Of a DNA stretch of 54,450 nucleotides, positions 25,299-35,078 are shown piece by piece (positions within the stretch are counted from its first letter, which is position 1; the number at the start of each line of letters is the position of its first letter). The position numbers and the translations under genes are program-made. The stretch is from a virus. The stretch lies in IMG/VR virus record IMGVR_UViG_3300048089_000161, one strand, 5' to 3'. The notes beneath the pieces were generated by a model that was not told the origin of the DNA, searched no databases, and saw only the letters and a program-made list of their open reading frames with translations.

Positions 25299-25631
25299 AT
25301 GAGCAAGCCCAACAAGGCGCGGTACCGGCTGGAGACCGTGCGGCGGTCGTACGCCGAGGCGGTCGGCGGCGAACTCGTCGAGTTCGAGGTCGGCCCCGAG
25401 GACGACCCGCAGGTGTTCAGCTTCCCGCACCCGATCTTCACGCCCGACGACATGCAGCAGGATCTCAACGAGGCGAAGGGCGACGAGGCCGGCGCGCGCA
25501 TCCTGCTCGGCGACCAGTACCAGGCGTTCAAGGACGCCGGCGGCGACGTCAACGGCGTGATGCTGCTGTACGTCGGCATCCGCAACGAGGCGCAGGACAA
25601 GGTGCAGAAGGTGCGCCCTACGAGGGGGTAG
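25299..25631 (+). CDS. Tail assembly chaperone (G-like)
   Basis: ATG at 25299; 110 aa; ends at TAG 25629-25631, immediately after a GGGGG run. Confidence 0.8.
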   Translation: MSKPNKARYRLETVRRSYAEAVGGELVEFEVGPEDDPQVFSFPHPIFTPDDMQQDLNEAKGDEAGARILLGDQYQAFKDAGGDVNGVMLLYVGIRNEAQDKVQKVRPTRG

Positions 25632-26101
25632 ACCCCGACGGCGACGACGTCGTCGAGGTCTACACATACACCGCCGTCGACGTCCTCGGCGAGCAACCCG
25701 AGGCCGTCGAGGCGGACTTGATCCGGTACTACGGCAGCAGCGTCGGCAAGGGCGGGCCGCTCGCCGCCTACTGGCGAGGCGAGATCACGCTGCGACTGCT
25801 GCGCGTCCTGGTCGAGGGGCTGCCGCCGGACAGCGCTACCAACCGCGCCCACAACGGGCACGCGTGGCAGGCACTCGACTACGCGGCCGCCGACACCCGC
25901 GATCTGTTGTCGCTGCTCTTCACGGCGTTCGTGAACGCCAACCGCGACCCGAAGAAACCGCCGATGCCGTACCCCGAGCCGGGGTGGCGGCCGGGCGACC
26001 CGACGCCCGAGGAATCCGCGGCCGCGACCGAGCGGGACCGGGCAAAGGCACGGGCTGCCTACGACCACATCACATCGCAGGTGCTGCCCGGAACGGGGTG
26101 A
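25299..26101 (+). CDS. Tail assembly chaperone fusion (GT-like), made by a -1 programmed frameshift at about 25624-25628
   Basis: The downstream ORF is in the -1 frame (ORF 25205..26101 from '..PYEGVDPDGDD') and has no start or RBS of its own. The slip site a-ggg-ggt (GGG re-pairs on GGG) lies just before the G stop codon. Confidence 0.7.
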
Positions 26102-26107
26102 ATCGAC

Positions 26108-29100
26108 ATGCCGGTCGAGGTCGGTGTCGGGTACGTCAGTGTCGTTCCCGAGACGCGAGGGTTTGGCCGGCTGCTCAATCAGCAGATCAGCGGCGAGTCG
26201 GCGCGCGTCGGAACGTCTGCGGGCGAGGACGCCGGCGACGGGTTCCTCGGCGGCATGGGCGGCAAGCTGAAAGCGGGCATCGTAGGCGTGGCCGCAGGCG
26301 CGGGCGGGCTGTTCGCGGTCGGGTTCGCCGAGGCGGTCGAGCAGGACAAGGCAACCGCCAAGCTCGGCGCGTCCCTTGGGCTCACCGAGAAGGAGACCGC
26401 CCGCGCCGGGAAGATCGCGGGCAAGGTCTACGCCTCCGGGTACGGCGAGTCGATCGACCAGGTCGACGAGTCGCTCAAGTCGCTGCAGCGCAACGGCGTC
26501 GCGGCGATCAGCGCCCCGCGGAAGGAACTCGTCGGGCTCAGCAAAGACGCGCTCAACTTGGCCGACGTGTTCGACGCCGACGTCGCCGACTCGACCAAGG
26601 CCGTCGGCAAGCTGCTGAGTACGGGCCTGGTCAAGAACGCGAAGGCCGGGTTCGACCTGTTGACGGCCGGGTTCCAGTCGGGCGCCGACCAGGCCGGCGA
26701 CCTGATCGACACGGTCAACGAGTACTCGGTGCAGTGGAAAAAAGCCGGGCTGTCGGGCGCGACCGCGATCGGGCTGATCAATCAGGGGCTCAAGAGCGGT
26801 GCCCGCGACGGCGACCTCGTCGCCGACTCGATCAAGGAATTCTCGATCCGGGCGGTCGACGGGTCGACGACGACCGCGGCCGGGTTCAAGATGCTCGGGC
26901 TGTCCGCCGACGACATGGCGGGCAAGTTCGCCAAGGGCGGGAAGTCCGCGAACGGTGTCCTGCAGCTCACCCTCGACCGGCTGCGCGGCATCAAAGACCC
27001 GGTCAAGCAGGCGCAGGCCGCGACCAGCCTGTTCGGTACGCAGGCCGAGGATCTCGGTAAGGCGCTGTTCGCCCTCGACCCGAGCAAGGCGGCCGCCGGG
27101 CTCGGCAAGGTCGGCGGCGCCGCGGGCCGCATGGGTAAGCAGCTCAGCAACACCGCCTCGCACGACGTCGAGGTGTTCAAGCGGCAGGCGCTGCAGGGGC
27201 TCGCCAACTTCGCGAGCAAGTACGCGCTGCCCGCGCTGCGCGACACCGGGAAGTTCCTCGTCAAGTACGTACTGCCGCCGACGAGGACGGTCGGCGGCGC
27301 CCTCGTCTCCTACCTCGTGCCGGCCGCGCAGGCTGTCGGGACGGCGTTCGAGGCAAGCGGGGAATGGCTGCAGAAGTACGGGGCATGGCTCATCCCCGTC
27401 GGCGTCGCCGTCGTCGGTCTCACGACCGTCATGGCCGCGCAGGCGATCACGACCGGGATCACCGCGGGCGTGTTCTCGGTCTACCGCGGGGCGATCCTGC
27501 TGTGGTCGAACGCGACCCGGATCGCGACCGGCGTCGCGGCGGCGTTCAACGCCGTCACGTCGGCGAACCCGGTCGGGTTGATCATCGTCGGCGTACTCGC
27601 CCTCGTCGCGTTGCTGGTCGTCGCGTACAAGAAAAGCGACACGTTCCGCTCGATCGTCCAAGCCACGTGGTCCGGCATTAAGGCCGGTTGGGATGTGCTG
27701 TGGAACGGGGCGCTCAAGCCCGGTTTCGGCTACCTCATGACCGGACTGCGCGCGATCGGCTCGGCCGCCTCGTGGTTGTGGTCGACCGTGCTGTCGCCCG
27801 TGTTCTCGGCGATCGCCCTCGGCGCGAAGATCCTGTTTACGATCGTCGCGGTCACCGTGATCGCGCCGTGGGTACTGGCGTTCAAGACGCTGGGCGCGGT
27901 CGGCGGATGGCTGTGGAGCACCGCCCTGCAGCCTGCATTCGCCGGGATCGCGGCGGCCGCGGTGTGGCTTTGGCACGCCGGGATCGAGCCCGCCTTTCGC
28001 GGGGCGGCGACGGTCATCGGCTGGTTCTGGAGCAGCACGAAGATCGTGTTCGGCTACTTCGAGGCAGGCGCTCGGGGAGTCGCGGCGGTTGGGGTGTGGC
28101 TGTACCGAAACGGTCTGCTGCCCGTGTTCCAAGGGATCGTCACGGCCGCCGGTTGGTTCTGGACCGGTACGAAGGCTGTGTTTGGCTACTTCACGACCGG
28201 CGCTCGCGCGCTCGGCGCGGTCGGTACATGGCTGTATCGGACGGCGCTGAAGCCCGCATTCGAGGGCATCGGCTCGGCCGCCTCGTGGCTGTGGAACAAG
28301 GGCGTGAAGCCGCCGTTCGACCTGCTGAAGACCGGCATCCGACTCGTCTCGGATTCGTTCGACTCGGCGCAGAAGTCGATCGGCAAGTCGTTCGGCCGGA
28401 TCAAGGACGCCACCAAAGAGCCCGTGAACTTCGTGATCCGGTCGGTCTACTCGAACGGGATTAAAAAGGTCTGGGACGGCGTGGCCGGGTTCGTCGGGCT
28501 CGGCAAGTTGCCCGCCGCGCCGAAGCTGCTCGCGTCCGGCGGCACGGTCGGCCCGTGGGGCGCGGTCGCGCCGATGAAGGTGAACAAGCCGACCGCGATC
28601 GTCGGCGAGGGCAACCCGAGGTATCCCGAGTTCGTCATCCCGACCGACCCGCAGTACCGCAAGCGGGCGCTTGCGCTGCACGCCGCGGCAGGCACTCAGC
28701 TACTCGCCGGCGGCGGCGTGCTCGGCGACGTCGCCGACTGGGTCGGCGGCAAGGCGAAGTCGATCGGCTCGGCCGTGATGGACGGCGTCGACTTCCTCGC
28801 CAACCCCGCCAAGCTGTGGGACAAGGCGACCTCGGGTATCCGCAGCAAGATCGCGTCGATCGGTACGAGCGGTGTCGCGCAGATGGTCGGCAGGGTGCCG
28901 ACGAAGATGCTCGGCGCGCTGAAAGACAAGGTCGTCGACGCGGCGAAGTCGGCGTTCGGCGGCGGCGACGTCGGCGGGTCCGGGGTCACCCGGTGGTCGT
29001 CGGTCGTGCTGCAGGCGCTCAAGCTCGTCGGGCAGCCGGCGAGTCTGCTGCCGACCGTGCTGCGCCGCATGAACCAGGAGAGCGGCGGCAACCCCAAGGC

Positions 29101-30454
29101 GATCAACAATTGGGACGTCAACGCGAAGAACGGTGACCCGTCGCGCGGGCTCATGCAGGTGATCGGGTCGACGTTCAGTGCGTACGCGGGCAAGCTCGCG
29201 TCGCGCGGCATCTATGACCCGCTCGCCAACCTGTACGCGAGCATGCGGTACGCGCTGTCGAGGTACGGCTCGCTCGCCTCGGCGTACAACCGAGCCGGCG
29301 GGTACGCCTCGGGCGGTCGGCCTCGGGCGGGCGAACTGGCGTGGGTCGGCGAACAGGGGCCCGAACTCGTCCGATTCGGGTCGGGCAACTCGACCGTCTA
29401 CGACCACCGAACCTCGCTCGGGATGATGGCCGGGCTCGGCGTACGGGGGTTCGCGAAGGGCACGACCTCGGCGGCCGCGAAGGCTCGCAAGGAAGTGCCC
29501 GGCGATTTGGGCTCGTTCACGAAGAGTCTGACCGGCTCGGCGAGCACGATCGCGGCGGCGGCGAAGGGTCTCGCCGCCGACCTGCAGAAGACGGGCAAGA
29601 CCGGCCGGTCTCTTGCGACGCAGACGCTCGCGACGTCGGCCCGGTTGCAGGCGCTTGCCCAACAGCGTGACGCCGTCGCCTCGAAGATCGCGACCGCGCG
29701 GCAGGCTGCGGCCGACCAGAAGGGGACGGCGCAGGATTACCTCGGGCTGACGAACATCAACGGCGGGAAGATCGCCACAGTCGGTGACCTGATCTCGGGC
29801 ATGCAGACGAGGCAGTCGACGCTCGCCAACTTCCAATCGCTGATCGCGACGGCGCAGAAGAAGGGAGTCGCGCAGTCCGTCATTCAGCAGATGGTCGCCG
29901 CCGGCCCCGACAGCGGGCTCGCGCAGCTCATTTCCGGGGCGTCCGCAGGCGACATTAAAAAGATCAACTCGCTTGCTGCCTCCGGCTCGAAGCTGTCGAC
30001 GTCGTACGGCAACACCATGGCCGACGCGATGTACGACGCCGGATCCATGGCGGGCAAGGGGTTCTTGACCGGGCTGCAGGCGCAACAAGGCGCCCTGCAG
30101 AAGCAGATGACGAAGCTCGGCGACACCCTCGTCGACTCGATCGAGCACCGGCTCAAGATTCACTCGCCGAGCCGTGAGACCGAGCGGGTCGGGGCAATGG
30201 TCGGCGCGGGCGTCGTCGTCGGCACCGACAAGTCGCTCAGCGAGGTAAAGGCGGGCGCGAAGCGGCTCGGCCGGGCGGCGATCCCGCCCGTCGTGCCGAC
30301 CGCCGAGGCGATGCGCGCGGCCGGGGCGGCGTCCGGCGAGCAGTCCGGCCATACGTACAACTTCTACCCGCGCACGCTCGATATGACCGTGCGCGACCTG
30401 GAGCTGCTGCAGCGTCGACAGGACGCCCTAGCTCGCGTGGGGAGGCCGCGTTAG
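26108..30454 (+). CDS. Tape measure protein with an embedded lytic transglycosylase (SLT) domain
   Basis: 1448 aa. It has repetitive W/F-periodic hydrophobic repeats. 'MNQESGGNPKAINNWDVNAKNGDPSRGLMQVIGSTF' is the SLT catalytic Glu-Ser motif region. Confidence 0.92.
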   Translation: MPVEVGVGYVSVVPETRGFGRLLNQQISGESARVGTSAGEDAGDGFLGGMGGKLKAGIVGVAAGAGGLFAVGFAEAVEQDKATAKLGASLGLTEKETARAGKIAGKVYASGYGESIDQVDESLKSLQRNGVAAISAPRKELVGLSKDALNLADVFDADVADSTKAVGKLLSTGLVKNAKAGFDLLTAGFQSGADQAGDLIDTVNEYSVQWKKAGLSGATAIGLINQGLKSGARDGDLVADSIKEFSIRAVDGSTTTAAGFKMLGLSADDMAGKFAKGGKSANGVLQLTLDRLRGIKDPVKQAQAATSLFGTQAEDLGKALFALDPSKAAAGLGKVGGAAGRMGKQLSNTASHDVEVFKRQALQGLANFASKYALPALRDTGKFLVKYVLPPTRTVGGALVSYLVPAAQAVGTAFEASGEWLQKYGAWLIPVGVAVVGLTTVMAAQAITTGITAGVFSVYRGAILLWSNATRIATGVAAAFNAVTSANPVGLIIVGVLALVALLVVAYKKSDTFRSIVQATWSGIKAGWDVLWNGALKPGFGYLMTGLRAIGSAASWLWSTVLSPVFSAIALGAKILFTIVAVTVIAPWVLAFKTLGAVGGWLWSTALQPAFAGIAAAAVWLWHAGIEPAFRGAATVIGWFWSSTKIVFGYFEAGARGVAAVGVWLYRNGLLPVFQGIVTAAGWFWTGTKAVFGYFTTGARALGAVGTWLYRTALKPAFEGIGSAASWLWNKGVKPPFDLLKTGIRLVSDSFDSAQKSIGKSFGRIKDATKEPVNFVIRSVYSNGIKKVWDGVAGFVGLGKLPAAPKLLASGGTVGPWGAVAPMKVNKPTAIVGEGNPRYPEFVIPTDPQYRKRALALHAAAGTQLLAGGGVLGDVADWVGGKAKSIGSAVMDGVDFLANPAKLWDKATSGIRSKIASIGTSGVAQMVGRVPTKMLGALKDKVVDAAKSAFGGGDVGGSGVTRWSSVVLQALKLVGQPASLLPTVLRRMNQESGGNPKAINNWDVNAKNGDPSRGLMQVIGSTFSAYAGKLASRGIYDPLANLYASMRYALSRYGSLASAYNRAGGYASGGRPRAGELAWVGEQGPELVRFGSGNSTVYDHRTSLGMMAGLGVRGFAKGTTSAAAKARKEVPGDLGSFTKSLTGSASTIAAAAKGLAADLQKTGKTGRSLATQTLATSARLQALAQQRDAVASKIATARQAAADQKGTAQDYLGLTNINGGKIATVGDLISGMQTRQSTLANFQSLIATAQKKGVAQSVIQQMVAAGPDSGLAQLISGASAGDIKKINSLAASGSKLSTSYGNTMADAMYDAGSMAGKGFLTGLQAQQGALQKQMTKLGDTLVDSIEHRLKIHSPSRETERVGAMVGAGVVVGTDKSLSEVKAGAKRLGRAAIPPVVPTAEAMRAAGAASGEQSGHTYNFYPRTLDMTVRDLELLQRRQDALARVGRPR

Positions 30455-31417
30455 ATGCCGCTCATCACAGCGCCGGTCATCACCCCGCCCGACACCGGGG
30501 GCGGGACCGGTACGCCGGTCCCGCTTCCCGAGGTCGGGTACGCCGTCGCCACCTACACCGACCCGACGGGTACGGTCTGGTCGCTCACCGACGAGGATGC
30601 CGGCTATTTCACGCTCGTTGAGGGCGTGTCCGGGCTCGGGGCGACGTCGTACTCGCTGACTACCGACGCCCACCCTCGCGGCGGCGCCCGGCTGCGGTAT
30701 GCGCAGGCGCAGCCGCGGGCGATCGTGTGGCCGCTATACGTCTACGGCGACGACCACATGCAGTTCGTCGGCCGTTGGCGAGCGCTCGCAACGGCATTCA
30801 CGCGCACGCTGCGCGAGGGGCCCGGATGGCTGGAGATCGCGCGGCCCGACGGGACTCGCCGCCGGATCGCCGTGTACTACCAAGAGGGGTTCGAGGGGCG
30901 CGGCGCACGGGGATCCGGTGTCGTATCGGATTCGGCAGCGATCACTCTGTGGTGCGAGGACCCGTATTGGATCGACCCCGTCGAGGTGTCGGTGCACCGC
31001 GAGACCGGCGCACTGTCGAGCTTCTTCACCCCGTACCCGACGGTCTCGTCGTCGCAGGTGCTCGGGGCGACCACACTCCACAATCCGGGCGACGTCGTGG
31101 TGTGGCCGACATGGACGATCACGGGCCCGGCGAGCCTGATCACGTTCACGAACCAGGGCACGGGCGAGTCGTTCTCACTCAACCCGACAGCGGTCGGGCA
31201 CGGCGCGCTGCTCGCCGGACAACAGGTCACGATCTCCACCGACCCGCCGACGGTCCGCTATCAGGACGGGTCGAACTGGATCGGCGGGCTCAACTGGCCC
31301 GGCGCCGTGCTGTGGGGACTCTCTCCCGGCGACAACCCGGTCACCTTCCAGTTGGACGGGTCCGGACCCGGCAGCGCCGTCGACCTCGTGTTCAACCCGC
31401 GGTACGAGACCGCCTGA
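30455..31417 (+). CDS. Distal tail protein (Dit-like phage tail family protein)
   Basis: 320 aa, directly after the tape measure gene. Confidence 0.75.
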   Translation: MPLITAPVITPPDTGGGTGTPVPLPEVGYAVATYTDPTGTVWSLTDEDAGYFTLVEGVSGLGATSYSLTTDAHPRGGARLRYAQAQPRAIVWPLYVYGDDHMQFVGRWRALATAFTRTLREGPGWLEIARPDGTRRRIAVYYQEGFEGRGARGSGVVSDSAAITLWCEDPYWIDPVEVSVHRETGALSSFFTPYPTVSSSQVLGATTLHNPGDVVVWPTWTITGPASLITFTNQGTGESFSLNPTAVGHGALLAGQQVTISTDPPTVRYQDGSNWIGGLNWPGAVLWGLSPGDNPVTFQLDGSGPGSAVDLVFNPRYETA

Positions 31418-31438
31418 TCGAAAGGGGGCGGCGGTCGC

Positions 31439-32596
31439 GTGGCCGTGCAGTTGCTCATCACCGACAGAAACCTCGCCGTGCAGGGCGACCCGATCGACGG
31501 GTGGACGAACCTCGACGCGACAAAGCGATACTGCGAGCCCGGCTCGGGCAGCGTCGACGTGCCCGCGCTGCCCGAGGTCATGGCCCAACTACAGCCGGGT
31601 AACCGCCTGGTCGTCATCCGCGACGGCGCCGTATGGACAGCCGGCCCGATGGAGATCCCCGCCGACTACTCGTGGTCGGTCACCGACAATCCCGCAGGCA
31701 GGGTCACGGTCAGTTTCTCCGACGACCTCGCGACGATCGCCGGTTACATCACGTGGCCGACCCCGGCGAACACGTGGACGGCGCAACTCGCCAACACGTA
31801 CCGGACCATGACCAGCACGAACGCGGAAACGATCGTCCGTGCCCTGGTCAATGAGAACTGCGGGCCGGGTGCCCGCAGCGACCGCCGGATACCGCACCTC
31901 GCGCTCGACACGGCCGCGGGCGTCGGCACCTCGACGACCTTGAGCACGCGGTTCGAGCCGCTGCTCGACGTCTGCAGGCGCATCGCCCTCGACGGCGGGG
32001 CGATCGGGTTCCGGACCCGGCAGACAGGCGGGCAGATCCTGTTCGGCTGCTATCAGCCGCGCGATCTGACCGCGACCGCGCGGTTCAGTCAAGGTCTGGG
32101 GAACCTCCGCTCGATCCAATGGAAGCGCAGCGCGCCGACCGTCACGCATGCGCTGATCGCCGGCACCGAGCCGGACATCGGCACGTCGGGGCGCACGTAC
32201 GTCGAGGTCGCCGACACCGCGGCGGCCGGGTCCTGGTGGCGGGTCGAGAAGTACGTCGACGGCTCGGCGCAGACCGACACCGACGGCGAACTGACGCAGG
32301 CCGGCAGCGGAGAGATCTCCGCCGGCGCCGCCCCGGTCGAACTCGCGACGGTCACCGTCGACACCGACGACCTCAAGGCCGGCCGCGACTTCGATCTCGG
32401 CGACAAGGTGACCGTTGCTCTCCCGTTCGGCGTCGAGGTCGCCGACCTCGTGCGCTCGATCCAACTGCAGGCGACGCCCGAGGCGGGCGAGTACGTGACG
32501 ACCCTGGTCGGCTCGCCGGACGCGACCACCGACCCCGCGATGGTCCAAGCCATTCGCACACTGAGCCGCCGACTTGGCCGGCTCGAATCCAGATAG
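31439..32596 (+). CDS. Minor tail protein (Siphovirus Gp37-like / Tal-position protein)
   Basis: GTG start. 'LLITDRNLAVQGDPIDGWTNLDATKRY' resembles the ReqiPepy6 Gp37-like family. Confidence 0.7.
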   Translation: MAVQLLITDRNLAVQGDPIDGWTNLDATKRYCEPGSGSVDVPALPEVMAQLQPGNRLVVIRDGAVWTAGPMEIPADYSWSVTDNPAGRVTVSFSDDLATIAGYITWPTPANTWTAQLANTYRTMTSTNAETIVRALVNENCGPGARSDRRIPHLALDTAAGVGTSTTLSTRFEPLLDVCRRIALDGGAIGFRTRQTGGQILFGCYQPRDLTATARFSQGLGNLRSIQWKRSAPTVTHALIAGTEPDIGTSGRTYVEVADTAAAGSWWRVEKYVDGSAQTDTDGELTQAGSGEISAGAAPVELATVTVDTDDLKAGRDFDLGDKVTVALPFGVEVADLVRSIQLQATPEAGEYVTTLVGSPDATTDPAMVQAIRTLSRRLGRLESR

Positions 32597-32607
32597 GAGG
32601 CGCTCGC

Positions 32608-33549
32608 GTGACTCAGGACAGTTGGCCGTCACCGGCTCACAACGGTCGCGCCGTCACCGACACCGAGTACGAGAAGATCGCCGCGAGGTTCTCGGGCGAC
32701 GGCGTGTACGGCGACCCCGGCGACACGGCCGTCGCGGCTGCCGGTAACGGTCTGTCCGTGGACATCCGAGCGGGCATCTACGCCTCGGTACGCGGGCACG
32801 CATGGTCGGCCGGCACGGCGAACGTGAACCTTCCGGTCACTGCCAACACCAGCGGGCAGACGCGGGTCGATCGCGTGGTGCTCCAACTGGACCGGTCCGT
32901 ATGGACCGTTCGCGCCGTCGTCAAGCCCGGCACCCCCGGCGGCACCGCCCCCGCCCTCACTCAGGCAGTGGGAGACACAGGGGTCTACGAGGTGCCGCTC
33001 GCCACGGTCACCGTTCCGACCGGGGCGACCTCGGTCACGGTCGCCCGCGGCGAGCTGTACGTCGGCGTCCGTATCCGGCCGTGCACCTCGACGACCCGCA
33101 ACCCCACCCCGGCACCGGGCGAGATGTGTTTCGAGACGGACACCGGACGCGTCCGGGTGTGGACGGGCACGTCATGGATCGGCGTGTTCGACGACTCCGG
33201 CACGGTCCTCATCAACGCCACGATCTCCGGGTGGACGGTCACCACCGACAGCGTGCTGCAGAAGCGCAACGGCAACGTGCACCTCCGCTTGGGCAGCTTC
33301 CAGCGGACGGGCGCCGCCGTCGCGGGATCCACCGAGTCCCGCCTGCCCGTGCTCATCCCCGCCGCGTACCAGCATCCCAACCGTGATCAGTACGTCATGG
33401 CCTACACGTCCGGCGTCGAGATCAGCCGACTGATCATCTACTCGAAAGCCTCGGACCGCCCCGGTCAGGTGTGGCTCTCCAACCACCCGGCGATCGCCAA
33501 AGACGATTTCATCCTGCCGAGTTCCGGCACTAGTTGGGTGGTGGACTGA
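32608..33549 (+). CDS. Minor tail protein
   Basis: The GTG at 32608 follows an ataggagg RBS; 313 aa; begins 'WPSPAHNGRAVTDTEYEKIA', typical of actinophage minor tail proteins. Confidence 0.7.
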   Translation: MTQDSWPSPAHNGRAVTDTEYEKIAARFSGDGVYGDPGDTAVAAAGNGLSVDIRAGIYASVRGHAWSAGTANVNLPVTANTSGQTRVDRVVLQLDRSVWTVRAVVKPGTPGGTAPALTQAVGDTGVYEVPLATVTVPTGATSVTVARGELYVGVRIRPCTSTTRNPTPAPGEMCFETDTGRVRVWTGTSWIGVFDDSGTVLINATISGWTVTTDSVLQKRNGNVHLRLGSFQRTGAAVAGSTESRLPVLIPAAYQHPNRDQYVMAYTSGVEISRLIIYSKASDRPGQVWLSNHPAIAKDDFILPSSGTSWVVD

Positions 33550-33551
33550 GC

Positions 33552-35069
33552 ATGACTCGCTACGAGTACGGCGCGGGGCTCGCCGACTACGTGGTCGCCC
33601 CCGCCGACGGGCTGTGGAGAGTGGCCGGCAACGCAGTGGTCCAGTTCTACGACGCCGCGGACGCCGGTACGCCGTACACCGACCTGCAAGACGCGGGCGG
33701 CACACCGATGACCTCGGTACGCGCCGACGAGTACGGGTTCCTGCCCCGCTTCCTTGGTCCCGACAACATCACCGGCATGTGGGCGGACGCCGGCGGCACC
33801 TCCCGCGCATGGATGGAAGCGCACAACGTCACCTCGGGAGGCGGCAGTTCGGCCGAATCACCGTTGGACTGGCTGAACATCCGCGACTACGGCGCAGCGG
33901 GCGACGGGATCACCGACGACGCCCCCGCGATTCAGGCAGCGATCGCCGCGGCGAGCACGGCGGGCGGCGGCACCCTGTACGTTCCGGCCGGCCGCTACAC
34001 CCTGGGCGCCGCGCTCAACTGGGCGAGCAACGTCAACGCGATCGGCGCGGGCGACCGCGTCTCGATCCTGCAGGCGACGAACCAGAACCTCGACCTGATC
34101 ACCGGTACGGACATCAGCGGCGTCACGCTGCAGGGGCTGCAACTCTCCGGGCCCGGCAGGGGGTTCGGCAGCGGCGTGCGCTTCACGCGGTTCTCGGCGC
34201 CGTCGACCGCGAACATCACGCTCCGAGACGTGCTGATCCAAAGCATGGGCGGCGACGGCGTGTTCTGCCACGAGCTGTCGGCAAGCGTGCTGCACCGGGT
34301 GCGGGTCCGCACCTGCGGGGGCGTCGGGTTCCACCTGCAGGCGCCACAAGACACCGTGCTCGGCGGCGCGTCGACGTCCCTGATCGGCTGCTCGGCCGAG
34401 GGCAACGTCGGCGCCGGGTACTGGCTCGACGGCATGTCGTACACCAGCCTGACCGCCTGCGCCGCGATGGGATCCCCGAGCGGGTATCGGCTCGACACCT
34501 GCACGGGCGTCGCGCTCACCGGCTGCGGAGCCGAGCAGTGCACGACCGGGCTCACGGTGTACGGCGGCAAGGGCACGAACGTGAACGGGTTCGTGACCAA
34601 GGCATCCGACGGCACGTCCGTTTGGCTCACCAACAGCGCGACCGGTGTCGTCCTGGTCGGCGTCGCTGAACTGTCGCCGGGCTCGAACGCGAGCGCCTGC
34701 CTGCGTGCCGATGCCGGAACGATAGCGACCGTTCTCGGTCTGACCGCGGTCAAGGCGAACGTGCTGACGGGCACGGTCAACCGGATCGACCCTGGCGACG
34801 GCTCGCTCGTCGTCGCCGGTAGGACCGTCGTCCCGAGCGGCGGCACCGCGGCGCGCATGGGAACCGCCGTCATGGCGGCGGGCACGGTCACCGTGAACAC
34901 GACGGCGATCACCGCGACGAGCGTCGTGCAGCTCACGATCCAGACTCCCGGCGGTGCGGTCGGCTCGGTCTACGTCAACGCCCGGACGGCGGGCACCTCG
35001 TTCGTCATCAAGTCGACCTCGTCAACGGATACGTCAACGGTCGGGTGGCGCATCCTCGACCCTGCATAG
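33552..35069 (+). CDS. Tail fibre/spike with a pectate-lyase-like right-handed beta-helix (putative glycan depolymerase)
   Basis: 'LNIRDYGAAGDGITDDAPAIQAAIAAASTAGGGTLYVPAGRY' is the Pectate_lyase_3 signature. Confidence 0.75.
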   Translation: MTRYEYGAGLADYVVAPADGLWRVAGNAVVQFYDAADAGTPYTDLQDAGGTPMTSVRADEYGFLPRFLGPDNITGMWADAGGTSRAWMEAHNVTSGGGSSAESPLDWLNIRDYGAAGDGITDDAPAIQAAIAAASTAGGGTLYVPAGRYTLGAALNWASNVNAIGAGDRVSILQATNQNLDLITGTDISGVTLQGLQLSGPGRGFGSGVRFTRFSAPSTANITLRDVLIQSMGGDGVFCHELSASVLHRVRVRTCGGVGFHLQAPQDTVLGGASTSLIGCSAEGNVGAGYWLDGMSYTSLTACAAMGSPSGYRLDTCTGVALTGCGAEQCTTGLTVYGGKGTNVNGFVTKASDGTSVWLTNSATGVVLVGVAELSPGSNASACLRADAGTIATVLGLTAVKANVLTGTVNRIDPGDGSLVVAGRTVVPSGGTAARMGTAVMAAGTVTVNTTAITATSVVQLTIQTPGGAVGSVYVNARTAGTSFVIKSTSSTDTSTVGWRILDPA

Positions 35070-35078
35070 GGGGTTCCC

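Noticed and set aside
25265-28681. A very long antisense ORF (1138 aa, minus strand). Similar long minus-strand ORFs occur at 15646..17589, 17878..19593, 6400..7845, 8682..10337 and 51328..53097.
   Set aside because: They lie opposite well-supported genes (tape measure, terL, portal, spd/traB, methyltransferase). They are Arg/Pro/Gly/Asp-rich low-complexity translations typical of stop-poor antisense frames in high-GC DNA, and they have no RBS or coupling context.
33534-33551. The upstream start (33534, MGGGLS..) for the beta-helix tail protein.
   Set aside because: It overlaps the preceding gene's 3' end. The ATG at 33552 lies just after that gene's stop codon and is the simpler start.
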